DNA from: a virus
Lineage: Duplodnaviria; Heunggongvirae; Uroviricota; Caudoviricetes
Length of the DNA stretch: 30,505 nucleotides
IMG/VR virus record: IMGVR_UViG_2565956726_000013
Coordinates: 1 to 30,505 of that record
Direction: 5' to 3' (one strand)
Shown: positions 16,848-26,251 of the stretch, piece by piece
How positions within the stretch are numbered: the stretch's first letter is position 1
How the letters are laid out: every line of letters begins with the position of its first letter
Translations under genes and position numbers: made by a program
Notes under the pieces: model-generated
The model's input: the letters and a program-made list of their open reading frames with translations, nothing else
The model's database searches: none
What the model was told of the DNA's origin: nothing

Positions 16848-17331
16848 TACTCACCAGAATATCGCCGCATTTCTGGACATGCTGGCCTATTCCGAAGGGA
16901 CGGCGACGCATCCGCTGACGAAAAATCGTGGTTACGACGTCATTGTCACTGGCCTTGATGGCAAGCCGGAAATTTTCACCGACTACACCGACCACCCTTT
17001 CGCACATGGCAGACCAGCGAAAGTGTTTAATCGACGCGGCGAAAAATCCACGGCATCAGGGCGTTACCAGCAGCTTTATCTCTACTGGCCGCATTATCAG
17101 AAACAACTCGCATTGCCTGATTTCAGCCCGTTGTCGCAGGACAAACTTGCGATTCAGTTAATCCGCGAACGCGGTGCCATTGAGGATATTAAGGCGGGGC
17201 GTATTGAGCGGGCAATTTCACGGTGCCGCAATATCTGGGCGTCGTTACCGGGTGCCGGTTACGGCCAACGTGAGCACAGCCTCGACAAACTGGTCACCGT
17301 ATGGCGCACCGCTGGCGGGGTAATGGAATGA
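16843..17331 (+). CDS. K: Endolysin (P2 gpK lysozyme family)
   Basis: Start at ATG 16843 (MPIINTHQNIAAFLDMLAYSEGTATHPLT...), 162 aa; the listed ORF 16603-17331 includes an upstream out-of-context extension. Confidence 0.85.
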   Translation: MNTHQNIAAFLDMLAYSEGTATHPLTKNRGYDVIVTGLDGKPEIFTDYTDHPFAHGRPAKVFNRRGEKSTASGRYQQLYLYWPHYQKQLALPDFSPLSQDKLAIQLIRERGAIEDIKAGRIERAISRCRNIWASLPGAGYGQREHSLDKLVTVWRTAGGVME

Positions 17332-17741
17332 AAATCCTGATTACACTTCTGGTGCTGACTGTGCTCGGGATGTTGTGGTTGTGCCATGAGAACGGCAATT
17401 TATCCCGCTCCTTTGAGACAGCAAACCGCGTCGCGAGCGAACAAAAGACGACGATTGGCATGCTGAAAAATCAGCTCAGTGTTGCCGGTCAGCTTGCCAG
17501 ACGTAATGAATCTGCGCAGGTGGCACTGCGTGAACAGCTCGCAAAGGCCAGCGAGGAAGCCAGCCGCCGCGAGCAATCAATAACGAGGTTACTTAATGAA
17601 AATGAAGCCTTTCGCCGCTGGTATAACGCTGCTTTACCTGATGTTGTGCGTCGGTTGCACATCCGCACCGCCTGCGCCAGCGCCGGTGATTGTGGTCAAC
17701 GGATGCCCGAGAGTGAGCCTTTGCCCGATGCCGGGAAGTGA
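17328..17741 (+). CDS. lysB: LysB, Rz-like inner-membrane spanin
   Basis: Start at ATG 17328 (MKILITLLVLTVLGMLWLC, N-terminal TM), coiled-coil-like middle; overlaps the endolysin stop. Confidence 0.7.
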   Translation: MKILITLLVLTVLGMLWLCHENGNLSRSFETANRVASEQKTTIGMLKNQLSVAGQLARRNESAQVALREQLAKASEEASRREQSITRLLNENEAFRRWYNAALPDVVRRLHIRTACASAGDCGQRMPESEPLPDAGK

Positions 17742-17886
17742 CCCGAAAACCAATGGTGACCTGAGCGCAGATATCCGCCGCCTTGAGGGCGCGCTGATCG
17801 CCTGCGCGCTGCAGGTCAAAACCGTCAAACACTGTCAGGATGAACTCGATGCAGAAGCACAAAAGCCTGCGCAAAGCGCTGATTAA
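17596..17886 (+). CDS. lysC: LysC, Rz1-like outer-membrane lipoprotein spanin
   Basis: 96 aa; signal peptide with lipobox LCVGC, proline-rich; embedded out of frame in and extending past lysB. Confidence 0.65.
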   Translation: MKMKPFAAGITLLYLMLCVGCTSAPPAPAPVIVVNGCPRVSLCPMPGSDPKTNGDLSADIRRLEGALIACALQVKTVKHCQDELDAEAQKPAQSAD

Positions 17887-18316
17887 CGCCGTGCCGCAGC
17901 TCCGAAACAACCCCGATATGCTGCGCCTTTTTGCCGACAACGGCCATACCGATTCCAGACTGGCGAGCTCGCTGTCGTTTGAAAAGGTGTACGTGCTTAA
18001 CGTGGTGGTGACCGACTTCACCGGTGACCTTGATTTGATATTCGTGCCAGTGCAGGCGTGGCTGCGTGAACATCAGCCGGACATTATGACCACCGACGAC
18101 GGGCGGGAAAAAGGATTCACCTGGATTATTGATATCAATAACGACGATTCGCTCGATATCAGTATCAGCCTGAGGCTCACCGAGCGCACGCTCGTCAAAG
18201 AGGTCGACGGCGCGCTGCATGTCAGCTATGCCCCTGAGCCGCCGCTGCCTGAGCCGGTGACGCGCCCGGTCGAGCTGTACGTTAACGGCGAACTGGTGAG
18301 TAAGTGGGATGAGTGA
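17849..18316 (+). CDS. R: Tail completion protein R
   Basis: ...NPDMLRLFADNG...SLSFEKVYVLNVVVTDFTGDLDLIFVPVQAWLREHQPDIMTTDD...ELYVNGELVSKWDE matches P2 R closely as recalled; start could be 17840 or 17849. Confidence 0.8.
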   Translation: MQKHKSLRKALINAVPQLRNNPDMLRLFADNGHTDSRLASSLSFEKVYVLNVVVTDFTGDLDLIFVPVQAWLREHQPDIMTTDDGREKGFTWIIDINNDDSLDISISLRLTERTLVKEVDGALHVSYAPEPPLPEPVTRPVELYVNGELVSKWDE

Positions 18317-18758
18317 GTTAACCGCACTGCAGGAACGCCTTGCCGGTCTGATTGCCAGCCTGTCACCGGCGGCGCGTCGGCAAATGGCGGCTGAGATTGC
18401 GAAAAAGCTGCGTACCAGTCAGCAACAGCGTATCAAGCGCCAGCAGGCACCAGACGGCACCCCGTATGCGGCACGAAAGCGCCAGCCGGTGAAGAGCAAG
18501 AAAGGTCGGATTAAACGTGAAATGTTCGCCAAACTGCGCACCAGTCGCTTTATGAAAGCCAAAGGCAGCGACAGTGCGGCGGTGGTGGAGTTTACCAGCA
18601 AGGTGCAGCGCATGGCGCGGGTGCATCAGTACGGGCTCAAAGACAGACCAAACCGCAACAGCCGGGATGTGCAGTACGAGGCGCGCCCGTTACTCGGTTT
18701 CACCCGCGACGATGAGCAGATGATTGAAGACGTCATTATCAGGCATCTCGGCAAATAA
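18309..18758 (+). CDS. S: Tail completion protein S
   Basis: 149 aa; MSELTALQERLAGLIASLSPAARRQMAAEIAKKLR... resembles P2 S as recalled; overlaps the R stop. Confidence 0.8.
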   Translation: MSELTALQERLAGLIASLSPAARRQMAAEIAKKLRTSQQQRIKRQQAPDGTPYAARKRQPVKSKKGRIKREMFAKLRTSRFMKAKGSDSAAVVEFTSKVQRMARVHQYGLKDRPNRNSRDVQYEARPLLGFTRDDEQMIEDVIIRHLGK

Positions 18759-18826
18759 ATATTGTGTGAACCACCACCGGAGCCGCGCGAATTGGCGCGA
18801 CTCCAGACCAGAGGCATCCTTGCACT

Positions 18827-19462
18827 ATGAATACGTTATCCACGATACAGGAGCTCGCGCGTGCGATTCGCAACCTCATCCGCTCAGGTGTGGTGACTGA
18901 GGTTGATACCGTGCAGGGGCTGTGCCGCGTACAAAGCGGCGGGATCCAGACTACATGGCTGAACTGGCTGACCACCCGCGCCGGTCGTTCGCGGACGTGG
19001 TGGGCTCCCTCGGTCGGTGAGCAGGTTCTGCTGCTGGCAATCGGTGGCGAACTTGATACCGCTTTCGTGCTGCCGGGTATTTTCTCCGACGATAACCCCG
19101 CCCCGTCTGCCTCGGCGGATGCGTGGCATGTGGCTTTCCCTGATGGTGCGGTCATTGAGTACGAGCCCGAGACCGGCGCGCTGACGGTCAGCGGTATCAA
19201 AACGGCCGACGTGACGGCATCGGAGTCCATCACTGCAACCGTACCGCTGGTACTGGTGAAAGCCTCGACCAGTATCACCCTCGACACCCCGGAGGTGATT
19301 TGCACCAATAAGCTGACGACAGCGACGCTTGAGGTACAAAAAGGCGGCAAGATGAGCGGCAATATCGAACATACCGGCGGGTCACTGTCGTCTAATGGCA
19401 AGGTACTCCACACCCATAAACACCCGGGGGACAGCGGCGGGCAAACGGGGACACCGTTATGA
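18827..19462 (+). CDS. V: Baseplate assembly/spike protein V
   Basis: 211 aa; position and size; first of the V-W-J-I baseplate block. Confidence 0.85.
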   Translation: MNTLSTIQELARAIRNLIRSGVVTEVDTVQGLCRVQSGGIQTTWLNWLTTRAGRSRTWWAPSVGEQVLLLAIGGELDTAFVLPGIFSDDNPAPSASADAWHVAFPDGAVIEYEPETGALTVSGIKTADVTASESITATVPLVLVKASTSITLDTPEVICTNKLTTATLEVQKGGKMSGNIEHTGGSLSSNGKVLHTHKHPGDSGGQTGTPL

Positions 19463-19806
19463 CGGCGCGCTATCAGGGTATGAACCGAAATACCGGCCTC
19501 GGCATCAGCGATACCGAGCATATCAGCCAGAGCATGCGCGATATTCTGCTGACGCCGGTCGGTTCGCGGGTAATGCGTCGAGAATATGGCTCGCTTCTGT
19601 CGGCGCTGATTGATATGCCGCAAAACCCGGCGCTCAGGCTGCAAATTATGGTGGCGTGCTATTCGGCTATCCAGAAGTGGGAACCGCGCATCAGGCTTAC
19701 CACCATCAGCTTTGAGACCGGCGACGCTGGCGAAATGTATGTCGATATTACCGGGATGCGTACCGATACCGGTGCGTCAGTTTCAACCACTGTTTCACTG
19801 AGTTAA
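19459..19806 (+). CDS. W: Baseplate wedge protein W (gp25/GPW-like)
   Basis: 115 aa; start overlaps the V stop; position. Confidence 0.85.
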   Translation: MTARYQGMNRNTGLGISDTEHISQSMRDILLTPVGSRVMRREYGSLLSALIDMPQNPALRLQIMVACYSAIQKWEPRIRLTTISFETGDAGEMYVDITGMRTDTGASVSTTVSLS

Positions 19807-19812
19807 ATCACT

Positions 19813-20721
19813 ATGGCAACCGTTGACCTGAGTCAGTTACCCGTTCCCGATGTGGTTGAGGAACTGGACTATGAAACCATCCTTGCGGAACGCAAAGCGA
19901 TACTGATTTCGCTCTATCCCGAAGACCAGCAGGAGGCCATTGCCCGGACGCTCGCACTTGAGTCAGAGCCGATTGTTAAGCTGCTGCAGGAAAACGCCTA
20001 CCGTGAAATTATCTGGCGTCAGCGGGTGAACGAAGCCGCGCAGGCGGTAACGCTGGCCTATTCTGCCGGTAACGACCTCGACGTCGTGGCCGGGAACAAC
20101 AATACCGAGCGCCTGACCATCACCCCGGCGGATGACACTACCATCCCGCCGACGCCTGCCGTTATGGAATCAGATACTGACCTGCGACTGCGCACGCAAC
20201 AAGCGTTTGAGGGCTTGAGTGTGGCGGGGCCGGTCGGAGCATATGAGTATCATGGTCGCAGTGCCGACGGGCGGGTCGCTGACGTTTCGGTCGCCAGTCC
20301 GTCGCCAGCCTGCGTGACGATTACTGTGCTATCACGTGAGGGCGACGGCACCGCCAGCCCTGATTTACTGGCGATTGTTGATAAAGCGCTGAATGCCGAA
20401 GATGTGCGCCCGGTGGCTGACCGGGTGACCGTCCAGTCAGCCGAGATTGTGCCGTACCAGATTGACGCGACGCTCTACGTTTACCCCGGCCCCGAGTCTG
20501 AGCCCATCAGGCAGGCATCAGAACAAAAGCTGCAGAGTTACATCAGCGCGCAGCACCGCCTCGGGCGTGATATCCGTCTGTCGGCCATTTACGCGGCGCT
20601 GCATGTTGAGGGGGTGCAGCGTGTCGAACTGGCATCACCGCAGGCCGACATTGTGCTGAGTAAGTCGCAGGCGTCGAATTGTACTGAGTACCAGATAACT
20701 ATCGGGGGCTCGGATGAGTGA
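19813..20721 (+). CDS. J: Baseplate protein J
   Basis: 302 aa; position in the conserved V-W-J-I order. Confidence 0.85.
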   Translation: MATVDLSQLPVPDVVEELDYETILAERKAILISLYPEDQQEAIARTLALESEPIVKLLQENAYREIIWRQRVNEAAQAVTLAYSAGNDLDVVAGNNNTERLTITPADDTTIPPTPAVMESDTDLRLRTQQAFEGLSVAGPVGAYEYHGRSADGRVADVSVASPSPACVTITVLSREGDGTASPDLLAIVDKALNAEDVRPVADRVTVQSAEIVPYQIDATLYVYPGPESEPIRQASEQKLQSYISAQHRLGRDIRLSAIYAALHVEGVQRVELASPQADIVLSKSQASNCTEYQITIGGSDE

Positions 20722-21322
20722 CCGGCTATTACCCGTTGGCTCGTCGCCGCTGGAGGTTGCCGCCGCTGCCGCGCTCTCTGAGATTCAGCGTGTGCCGGTA
20801 CCGCTGCGCACTCTGTGGAACTGGCGCACCTGCCCGGTAAAACTGCTGCCGTATCTGGCGTGGGCGCTGTCGGTCGACAGGTGGGATGAGAAATGGCCGG
20901 AGGCGACAAAGCGTAGCGTCTGCGCGTCCTCGTTTTTCGTCCATCAGCACAAAGGCACCATCAGCGCATTGCGTCGGGTGGTTGAGCCGCTCGGCTTTCT
21001 GATTGAAGTGCGCGAGTGGTGGCAGCTCAACGAGGAGCCAGGCACATTCCGCCTCGTTGTCGGCGTGCTCGATAGCGGCATTACTGACGAAATGTATCAG
21101 GAACTTGAGCGCCTGATTGAAGACGCCAAACCGGCAAGTCGCCACCTGACCGGGCTGGCTATCAGTCTGAGCTCGACCGGCGAACTGTATGTCGGCGCGG
21201 GATGCTATCACGGCGACGCGCTGACTGTTTACCCCTACACCCCCGAGGAGATTGTCGTCGGCGGTGAATATTACCCGGCCTCGGCCATCCATTTGATTGA
21301 TAACCTGAGAGTGAACGCATGA
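20714..21322 (+). CDS. I: Baseplate/tail protein I
   Basis: 202 aa; overlaps the J stop; precedes the tail-fibre gene. Confidence 0.8.
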   Translation: MSDRLLPVGSSPLEVAAAAALSEIQRVPVPLRTLWNWRTCPVKLLPYLAWALSVDRWDEKWPEATKRSVCASSFFVHQHKGTISALRRVVEPLGFLIEVREWWQLNEEPGTFRLVVGVLDSGITDEMYQELERLIEDAKPASRHLTGLAISLSSTGELYVGAGCYHGDALTVYPYTPEEIVVGGEYYPASAIHLIDNLRVNA

Positions 21323-22275
21323 CCGCAAAATATTTTGCCATTCTGACCAATCAGGGCGCGGCGCGGCTGGCGAACGCGGCGGCACTCGGTACCAAACTCA
21401 ACCTGACGCAGATGGCCGTCGGTGATGCGAATGGTACGTTGCCGACCCCTGACCCGGCGCAGACGAAGCTCATTAACCAGAAACGCATCGCGCCGCTGAA
21501 CCTGCTGACCGTTGACCCGGCCAATACCAGTCAGATTATCGCGGAACAGATTATTCCCGAGAATGAAGGTGGTTTCTGGATCCGCGAGATTGGTCTCTAT
21601 GACGATGATGGTATTCTGATTGCCGTGGCGAACTGTCCGGAGACCTACAAGCCACAACTGCAGGAGGGAAGCGGTCGCACGCAGACCATTCGCATGATTC
21701 TGATTGTGTCGAGCACATCGGCAATCACCCTGAAAATCGACCCGGCAGTCGTGCTGGCAACGCGCCAGTATGTCGACGACAAGATTATCGAGGTGAAAGG
21801 ATATGCTGATGACCTGATGAAAAAACATGTTGAGGCCGCCAATCCACACAAGCAGTACCCGTTAATCGCTAATGCTCTGAAAGAAATGGTTGACGCGGGA
21901 CTGGCCGGCGACGTTCTTAAAAACCTTGGTTTGGGGGAATTGGCTCTGGCTGGCGCAACAACCGGCGCTATGTTGGTGAATGGGTATGTAGCAATTCCAT
22001 TAATTATTTCTGGCGTTCGGAGACCACTTATTATCCAGTGGGGAGTGGGGCAGTTTGGGGGAAGTCTGGGGGATGATGCGGGATATTTAAACAATTTCCC
22101 TTTCGCTTTTCCGTCGGCGTGCTACGTGATGGTTGCCAGCCACGTGGGGCATACACCTTCGGGTGCCGGAATACTATCTGCTTCCGCAATCACAAAAAGC
22201 GGCTTTCGTGGTTTTTCCAGCGTAGCGACTGCCGCAAATCCTGTATCGGGCTGTTATGTTGCTATAGGAGGGTGA
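21319..22275 (+). CDS. H: Tail fibre protein H (conserved N-terminal part fused to the currently expressed variable C-terminal part)
   Basis: 318 aa; N-terminus MTAKYFAILTNQGAARLANA...GGFWIREIGLYDDDGILIAVAN resembles the P2 H N-terminus; much shorter than P2 H; a hix-like site lies inside the gene at 21914-21939. Confidence 0.8.
   Translation: MTAKYFAILTNQGAARLANAAALGTKLNLTQMAVGDANGTLPTPDPAQTKLINQKRIAPLNLLTVDPANTSQIIAEQIIPENEGGFWIREIGLYDDDGILIAVANCPETYKPQLQEGSGRTQTIRMILIVSSTSAITLKIDPAVVLATRQYVDDKIIEVKGYADDLMKKHVEAANPHKQYPLIANALKEMVDAGLAGDVLKNLGLGELALAGATTGAMLVNGYVAIPLIISGVRRPLIIQWGVGQFGGSLGDDAGYLNNFPFAFPSACYVMVASHVGHTPSGAGILSASAITKSGFRGFSSVATAANPVSGCYVAIGG
21914..21939. other. hix/gix-like recombination site (left boundary of invertible segment)
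   Basis: TTCTTAAAAACCTTGGTTTGGGGGAA; 20 of 26 positions match the reverse complement of the site at 23711-23736; half-sites resemble hixL (TTCTTGAAAACC). Confidence 0.6.
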
Positions 22276-22276
22276 T

Positions 22277-22711
22277 GTGTTTTTTAGTCCATCTTTAAAT
22301 ATTTTTGTGAATCCTGCGCTTAAGGATGACTACATCAATGTAAATTCATGGCCAGATGATGCTGTTGAAGTTGATGAGCAGGTGTATATTGAGTTTTCCG
22401 GATTACCGCCGAAAGGAAAAATCCGTATCGCTGGGGAAAATGGTTTTCCTGCATGGTCTGAAATTCCACCACCAACGCATGAGGAACAGATTGCCGCAGC
22501 CGAATTGAAAAAACAGCAATTGATTAATCAGTCCAACGAATATATGAATACCAAGCAATGGCCTGGTAAAGCGGCTATTGGTCGTCTGAAAGGTGAGGAA
22601 CTGGCGCAATATAATTTGTGGCTGGATTATCTGGACGCACTGGAACTGGTTGATACCTCCAGTGCTCCAGATATTGAATGGCCTACGCCTCCGGCAGTTC
22701 AGGCCAGATGA
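22277..22711 (+). CDS. G: Tail fibre assembly protein (Tfa/gpG family)
   Basis: 144 aa; C-terminus LDYLDALELVDTSSAPDIEWPTPP is a Tfa-type signature; apparent GTG start. Confidence 0.75.
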   Translation: MFFSPSLNIFVNPALKDDYINVNSWPDDAVEVDEQVYIEFSGLPPKGKIRIAGENGFPAWSEIPPPTHEEQIAAAELKKQQLINQSNEYMNTKQWPGKAAIGRLKGEELAQYNLWLDYLDALELVDTSSAPDIEWPTPPAVQAR

Positions 22712-23276
22712 CATCCGGCGCGGTGCTCGTATCTGTTGCCGTCACCGCGTCAATGTAATCAAGCACGGCGTTAAGCCGGGTGGTTTCTGCCTGCGTCAGC
22801 TTCCGCCCGGCCTGTAATTTCAGCTGAATCAGACTGATGGAAGCCATTGCAGCATCAATCAGTGACTGGCGCTGTGCTTCTGCCGCTTCTACTGCGGCAC
22901 CGTGTTGTGCCTCAGTATCTGTCACCCATTTCTCACCATCCCATTTATCGTATGGCGTTAACGGTGAAAGCGTGACATAACCGTCTTTGATGGCACCGAT
23001 ATAACCCACTGTAACAGCTGCGCCATTTTCAGTTGAGTAAACGGTCTCATTGCGATGGTCTTCTTCATGGCTCCATCCCTTACCCGTAAATACTGCCACT
23101 TTTCCCGGAATGTTTTCGCCAGGGTCAATACCAGTGGAACAGGCGGGCATACTTACGCCAGTATTAATATATTCATCAGACCAGCCCGTATACTCAGATG
23201 TTTCAGCATCATAATAAAAACAACGCATATCGCCCGGCACTGTAGCCAGCCCATTTTCATCAAAAACAGGTTTCAT
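22683..23276 (-). CDS. Alternative tail fibre assembly protein (Tfa', inverted orientation)
   Basis: 197 aa; C-terminus LDYIDAVTATDTSTAPDVIWPELP parallels G; 3' end overlaps G convergently, as for U/U' in the Mu G segment. Confidence 0.7.
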   Translation of the reverse strand: MKPVFDENGLATVPGDMRCFYYDAETSEYTGWSDEYINTGVSMPACSTGIDPGENIPGKVAVFTGKGWSHEEDHRNETVYSTENGAAVTVGYIGAIKDGYVTLSPLTPYDKWDGEKWVTDTEAQHGAAVEAAEAQRQSLIDAAMASISLIQLKLQAGRKLTQAETTRLNAVLDYIDAVTATDTSTAPDVIWPELPEA

Positions 23277-23728
23277 TATTTAGCCCTCACCACAAAGTTA
23301 AATGCAATATTTCGCGGTCTGACAGCAACAAAATTCACACCATCACCCACAGAGTTACTGGTGAAATTAAATCGTGAAAATCCTGGCTGATTTCCGGCGA
23401 TGCCATCATGAAAGTTAATTGCGTGTCCCGCACCTCCGCCTATATTCCCGGCAAACTGAGAAAAGTTTGTAGCTTCCTGCCAGCTTAATAATTCGCGACC
23501 ACCATCGGCACCTCGCCCGTCATCCCAGATACGAATGAAATCACCGCGGGCTTCAGGTAATACCAGTGAAGGAAACACTTTCGCCAGCACAGGGTAATCA
23601 GAGGCAGAAAATTTCGCCCCGTTGAACTTCAAAAACACCATACTGGACCAGCTGTCGATTACAGTATTTGGCATTGCAGCGGACGGCCAGAAGAACGGAA
23701 CGCCAATAGCTGGAGCACCTTCTCCCAA
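23276..23728 (-). CDS. Alternative tail fibre C-terminal (receptor-binding) cassette, silent in this orientation
   Basis: About 150 codons with no ATG or RBS of their own; the 5' end coincides with the hix-like site; in frame with the H constant region after inversion (see findings). Confidence 0.6.
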   Translation of the reverse strand: MGEGAPAIGVPFFWPSAAMPNTVIDSWSSMVFLKFNGAKFSASDYPVLAKVFPSLVLPEARGDFIRIWDDGRGADGGRELLSWQEATNFSQFAGNIGGGAGHAINFHDGIAGNQPGFSRFNFTSNSVGDGVNFVAVRPRNIAFNFVVRAK

Positions 23729-23736
23729 ACCAACCT
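23711..23736. other. hix/gix-like recombination site (right boundary of invertible segment)
   Basis: TTCTCCCAAACCAACCTTTTAGAAAA; inverted-repeat partner of 21914-21939. Confidence 0.6.
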
Positions 23737-23799
23737 TTTAGAAAACGCAGATATTCCGTTCAGCTGGCATGATCCCGACTTTTTACCGGGTTATTTCTC

Positions 23800-24000
23800 A
23801 TGTTTATCGGTTATGTACGTGTATCAACAAATGACCAGAACACCGCATTACAGCGAAATGAACTGGAGTGCGCAGGATGTGAGCTGATTTTCGAAGATAA
23901 AATCAGCGGCAAAACATCAGACTGGCCGGGCTAAAGAGGTTACTCAGAACCTTGTCAGAGGGCGATACGCTTGTGGTCTGGAAACTGGATCGCCTCGGGT
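23800..24000 (+). pseudogene. Degenerate DNA invertase (Hin/Gin/Cin serine-recombinase family), frameshifted and truncated
   Basis: Encodes MFIGYVRVSTNDQNTALQRNELECAGCELIFEDKISGKTSDWPG then a stop; the +1 frame continues LKRLLRTLSEGDTLVVWKLDRLG; compare Hin MATIGYIRVSTIDQNIDLQRN...IFEDRISGK...PGLKRAL...GDTLVVWKLDRLGRS. No remainder of the catalytic domain or C-terminal HTH follows. Confidence 0.75.
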
Positions 24001-24051
24001 ATCTCAACGCTATACAAAAAATTTCCCGCATCCGTTGCTGATGTCTCAATG

Positions 24052-24076
24052 TGTCAGACATCGCCCAACACTGACA
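24052..24076 (+). promoter_or_regulatory. Putative late-promoter activator dyad upstream of FI
   Basis: TGTCAG-N13-CTGACA inverted repeat about 65-90 bp upstream of the FI start, resembling the TGT-N12-ACA element of P2 late promoters (spacing off by one; low confidence). Confidence 0.25.
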
Positions 24077-24139
24077 AATAGCCCCTCAACAGACCAGCCA
24101 GGACAATAACACTTGCCCACTAACCACGGAGTTAACCGG

Positions 24140-25318
24140 ATGAGTGATTTTCACCACGGCGTGCAGGTGCTTGAGATTAACGACGGCACCCGCGTCATTT
24201 CCACTGTTGCAACCGCAATCGTCGGCATGGTCTGTACAGCCAGCGATGCGGATGCGGCAACCTTTCCCCTCAACGAGCCGGTACTGATTACCAATGTGCA
24301 AAGCGCCATTGCGAAAGCCGGTAAAAAAGGCACGCTGGCCGCGTCCCTGCAGGCCATCGCCGACCAGTCAAAACCTGTCACAGTTGTCGTGCGTGTTGCC
24401 GAAGGTACCGGAGAAGACGCCGAAGCGCAGACCATTTCCAATATCATCGGCGGCACGGATGAGAACGGTAAATATACCGGCATCAAGGCGCTGTTGACTG
24501 CCGAAGCAGTCACCGGCGTTAAGCCGCGCATTCTCGGCGTGCCGGGTCTCGATACCAAAGAGGTCGCAGTCGCACTTGCTTCGGTCTGTATCAGCCTGCG
24601 CGCCTTTGGCTATATCAGCGCATGGGGTTGTAAAACCATTTCCGAGGCGATGGCCTATCGCGAGAATTTCAGCCAGCGCGAGCTGATGGTCATCTGGCCT
24701 GATTTCCTTGCATGGGATACCACCACAAACGCCACCGCACCGGCATACGCAACTGCACGCGCACTCGGCCTGCGTGCCTATATCGACCAGACCGTCGGCT
24801 GGCACAAAACCCTGTCTAACGTCGGCGTGCAGGGTGTTACCGGCATCAGTGCGTCAGTGTTTTGGGATTTGCAGGCATCCGGCACCGATGCTGATCTGCT
24901 CAACGAGGCCGGGGTCACGACACTGGTGCGTAAGGATGGCTTCCGCTTTTGGGGTAACCGCACCTGCTCTGATGACCCGCTTTTCCTGTTTGAGAACTAC
25001 ACCCGCACCGCGCAGGTGCTGGCCGACACGATGGCCGAGGCGCACATGTGGGCGGTCGATAAGCCCATCACCGCATCACTTATCCGTGACATTGTCGACG
25101 GCATTAACGCCAAATTCCGCGAGCTGAAATCAAACGGCTACATCGTGGACGGTGAATGCTGGTTCGACGAGGAATCGAACGATAAGGAAACCCTCAAGGC
25201 CGGGAAACTGTATATCGACTACGACTATACACCGGTTCCACCACTGGAAAGCCTGACCCTGCGCCAGCGTATCACCGATAAATATCTGGTGAATCTGGCC
25301 GAATCGGTCAACAGCTAA
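24140..25318 (+). CDS. FI: Tail sheath protein FI
   Basis: Start at ATG 24140 (MSDFHHGVQVLEINDGTRVISTVATAIVGMVCTASDADA...) almost identical to the P2 FI N-terminus as recalled; listed ORF starts at an upstream TTG. Confidence 0.9.
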   Translation: MSDFHHGVQVLEINDGTRVISTVATAIVGMVCTASDADAATFPLNEPVLITNVQSAIAKAGKKGTLAASLQAIADQSKPVTVVVRVAEGTGEDAEAQTISNIIGGTDENGKYTGIKALLTAEAVTGVKPRILGVPGLDTKEVAVALASVCISLRAFGYISAWGCKTISEAMAYRENFSQRELMVIWPDFLAWDTTTNATAPAYATARALGLRAYIDQTVGWHKTLSNVGVQGVTGISASVFWDLQASGTDADLLNEAGVTTLVRKDGFRFWGNRTCSDDPLFLFENYTRTAQVLADTMAEAHMWAVDKPITASLIRDIVDGINAKFRELKSNGYIVDGECWFDEESNDKETLKAGKLYIDYDYTPVPPLESLTLRQRITDKYLVNLAESVNS

Positions 25319-25333
25319 GGAGCCTGAAACAAC

Positions 25334-25852
25334 ATGGCACTACCCCGCAAACTTAAATATCTGAACATGTTCAATGACGGCCTTAGCTACATGGGCGTTG
25401 TTGAATCCGTGACGCTGCCGAAGCTGACCCGCAAGCTCGAAAACTATCGCGGCGGCGGCATGAATGGCGCGGCGGCGATTGACCTTGGTCTCGACGATGA
25501 TGCGCTCACCGTCGAATGGTCTGTCGGTGGCCTGCCTGATGTGGCGCTGTGGGCGCAGTACGCCGCGCCGGGTGCTGACGCTGTGCCGTTGCGTTTTGCT
25601 GGCTCTTACCAACGTGACGACACTGGCGAAATCGTGGCGGTCGAGGTGGTCATGCGTGGCCGTCATAAAGAAATCGACGGCGGCGAGAATAAGCAGGGTG
25701 AAAACACCTCGACCAAACTGTCGACCGTATGCACCTATTACCGCCTCACGATTGATGGTAGCGACGTCATCGAAATCGATACCGTCAACATGGTTGAGAA
25801 GGTGAACGGCGTCGACCGTCTGGAACAGCACCGCCGCGCAATCGGGCTGTAA
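25334..25852 (+). CDS. FII: Tail tube protein FII
   Basis: 172 aa; position after the sheath gene. Confidence 0.9.
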   Translation: MALPRKLKYLNMFNDGLSYMGVVESVTLPKLTRKLENYRGGGMNGAAAIDLGLDDDALTVEWSVGGLPDVALWAQYAAPGADAVPLRFAGSYQRDDTGEIVAVEVVMRGRHKEIDGGENKQGENTSTKLSTVCTYYRLTIDGSDVIEIDTVNMVEKVNGVDRLEQHRRAIGL

Positions 25853-25915
25853 TTCCCTGACCGGTCAGCACTGCTGGCCTGTTATTAATCCCCATTCAGA
25901 GCAGAGAAAAACATC

Positions 25916-26251
25916 ATGGCAAAAGCACCACGTAAAACCGCTGAATTTGTTGATATGGCTGGCAATGAAACTGACACCGTAAACCCGAACGTCGTGACCC
26001 TCGACAAGCCGATTAAGCGCGCCGGTCAGACGATTGATAAAGTCACACTGATTGAGCCGAACGCCGGTACCCTGCGCGGTGTCAGTCTGGCAGCGGTGGC
26101 GCAGTCCGAAGTCGATGCGCTGATTAAGGTATTGCCACGCATGACCTACCCCGCGCTTACGGCGCAGGAGCTTACCGCAATGAACCTGCCCGATATGCTG
26201 TCGCTGGCCGCTAAGGTGATTGGTTTTTTGTCACCGGCTTCGGCGGAGTAG
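25916..26251 (+). CDS. E: Tail assembly chaperone E
   Basis: 111 aa; position between tube and tape measure; contains the slippery T6G near its 3' end. Confidence 0.8.
   Translation: MAKAPRKTAEFVDMAGNETDTVNPNVVTLDKPIKRAGQTIDKVTLIEPNAGTLRGVSLAAVAQSEVDALIKVLPRMTYPALTAQELTAMNLPDMLSLAAKVIGFLSPASAE

Noticed and set aside
18739-19644. 301-aa minus-strand ORF over V and W
   Set aside because: Antisense to conserved baseplate genes; no independent support.
20729-21385. 218-aa minus-strand ORF over gene I
   Set aside because: Antisense shadow ORF within the baseplate I gene.
23800-24000. Intact DNA invertase gene
   Set aside because: The frame stops after about 44 codons and resumes in the +1 frame, and the protein ends after roughly 68 residues without the rest of the catalytic domain or the C-terminal HTH; called a pseudogene instead.
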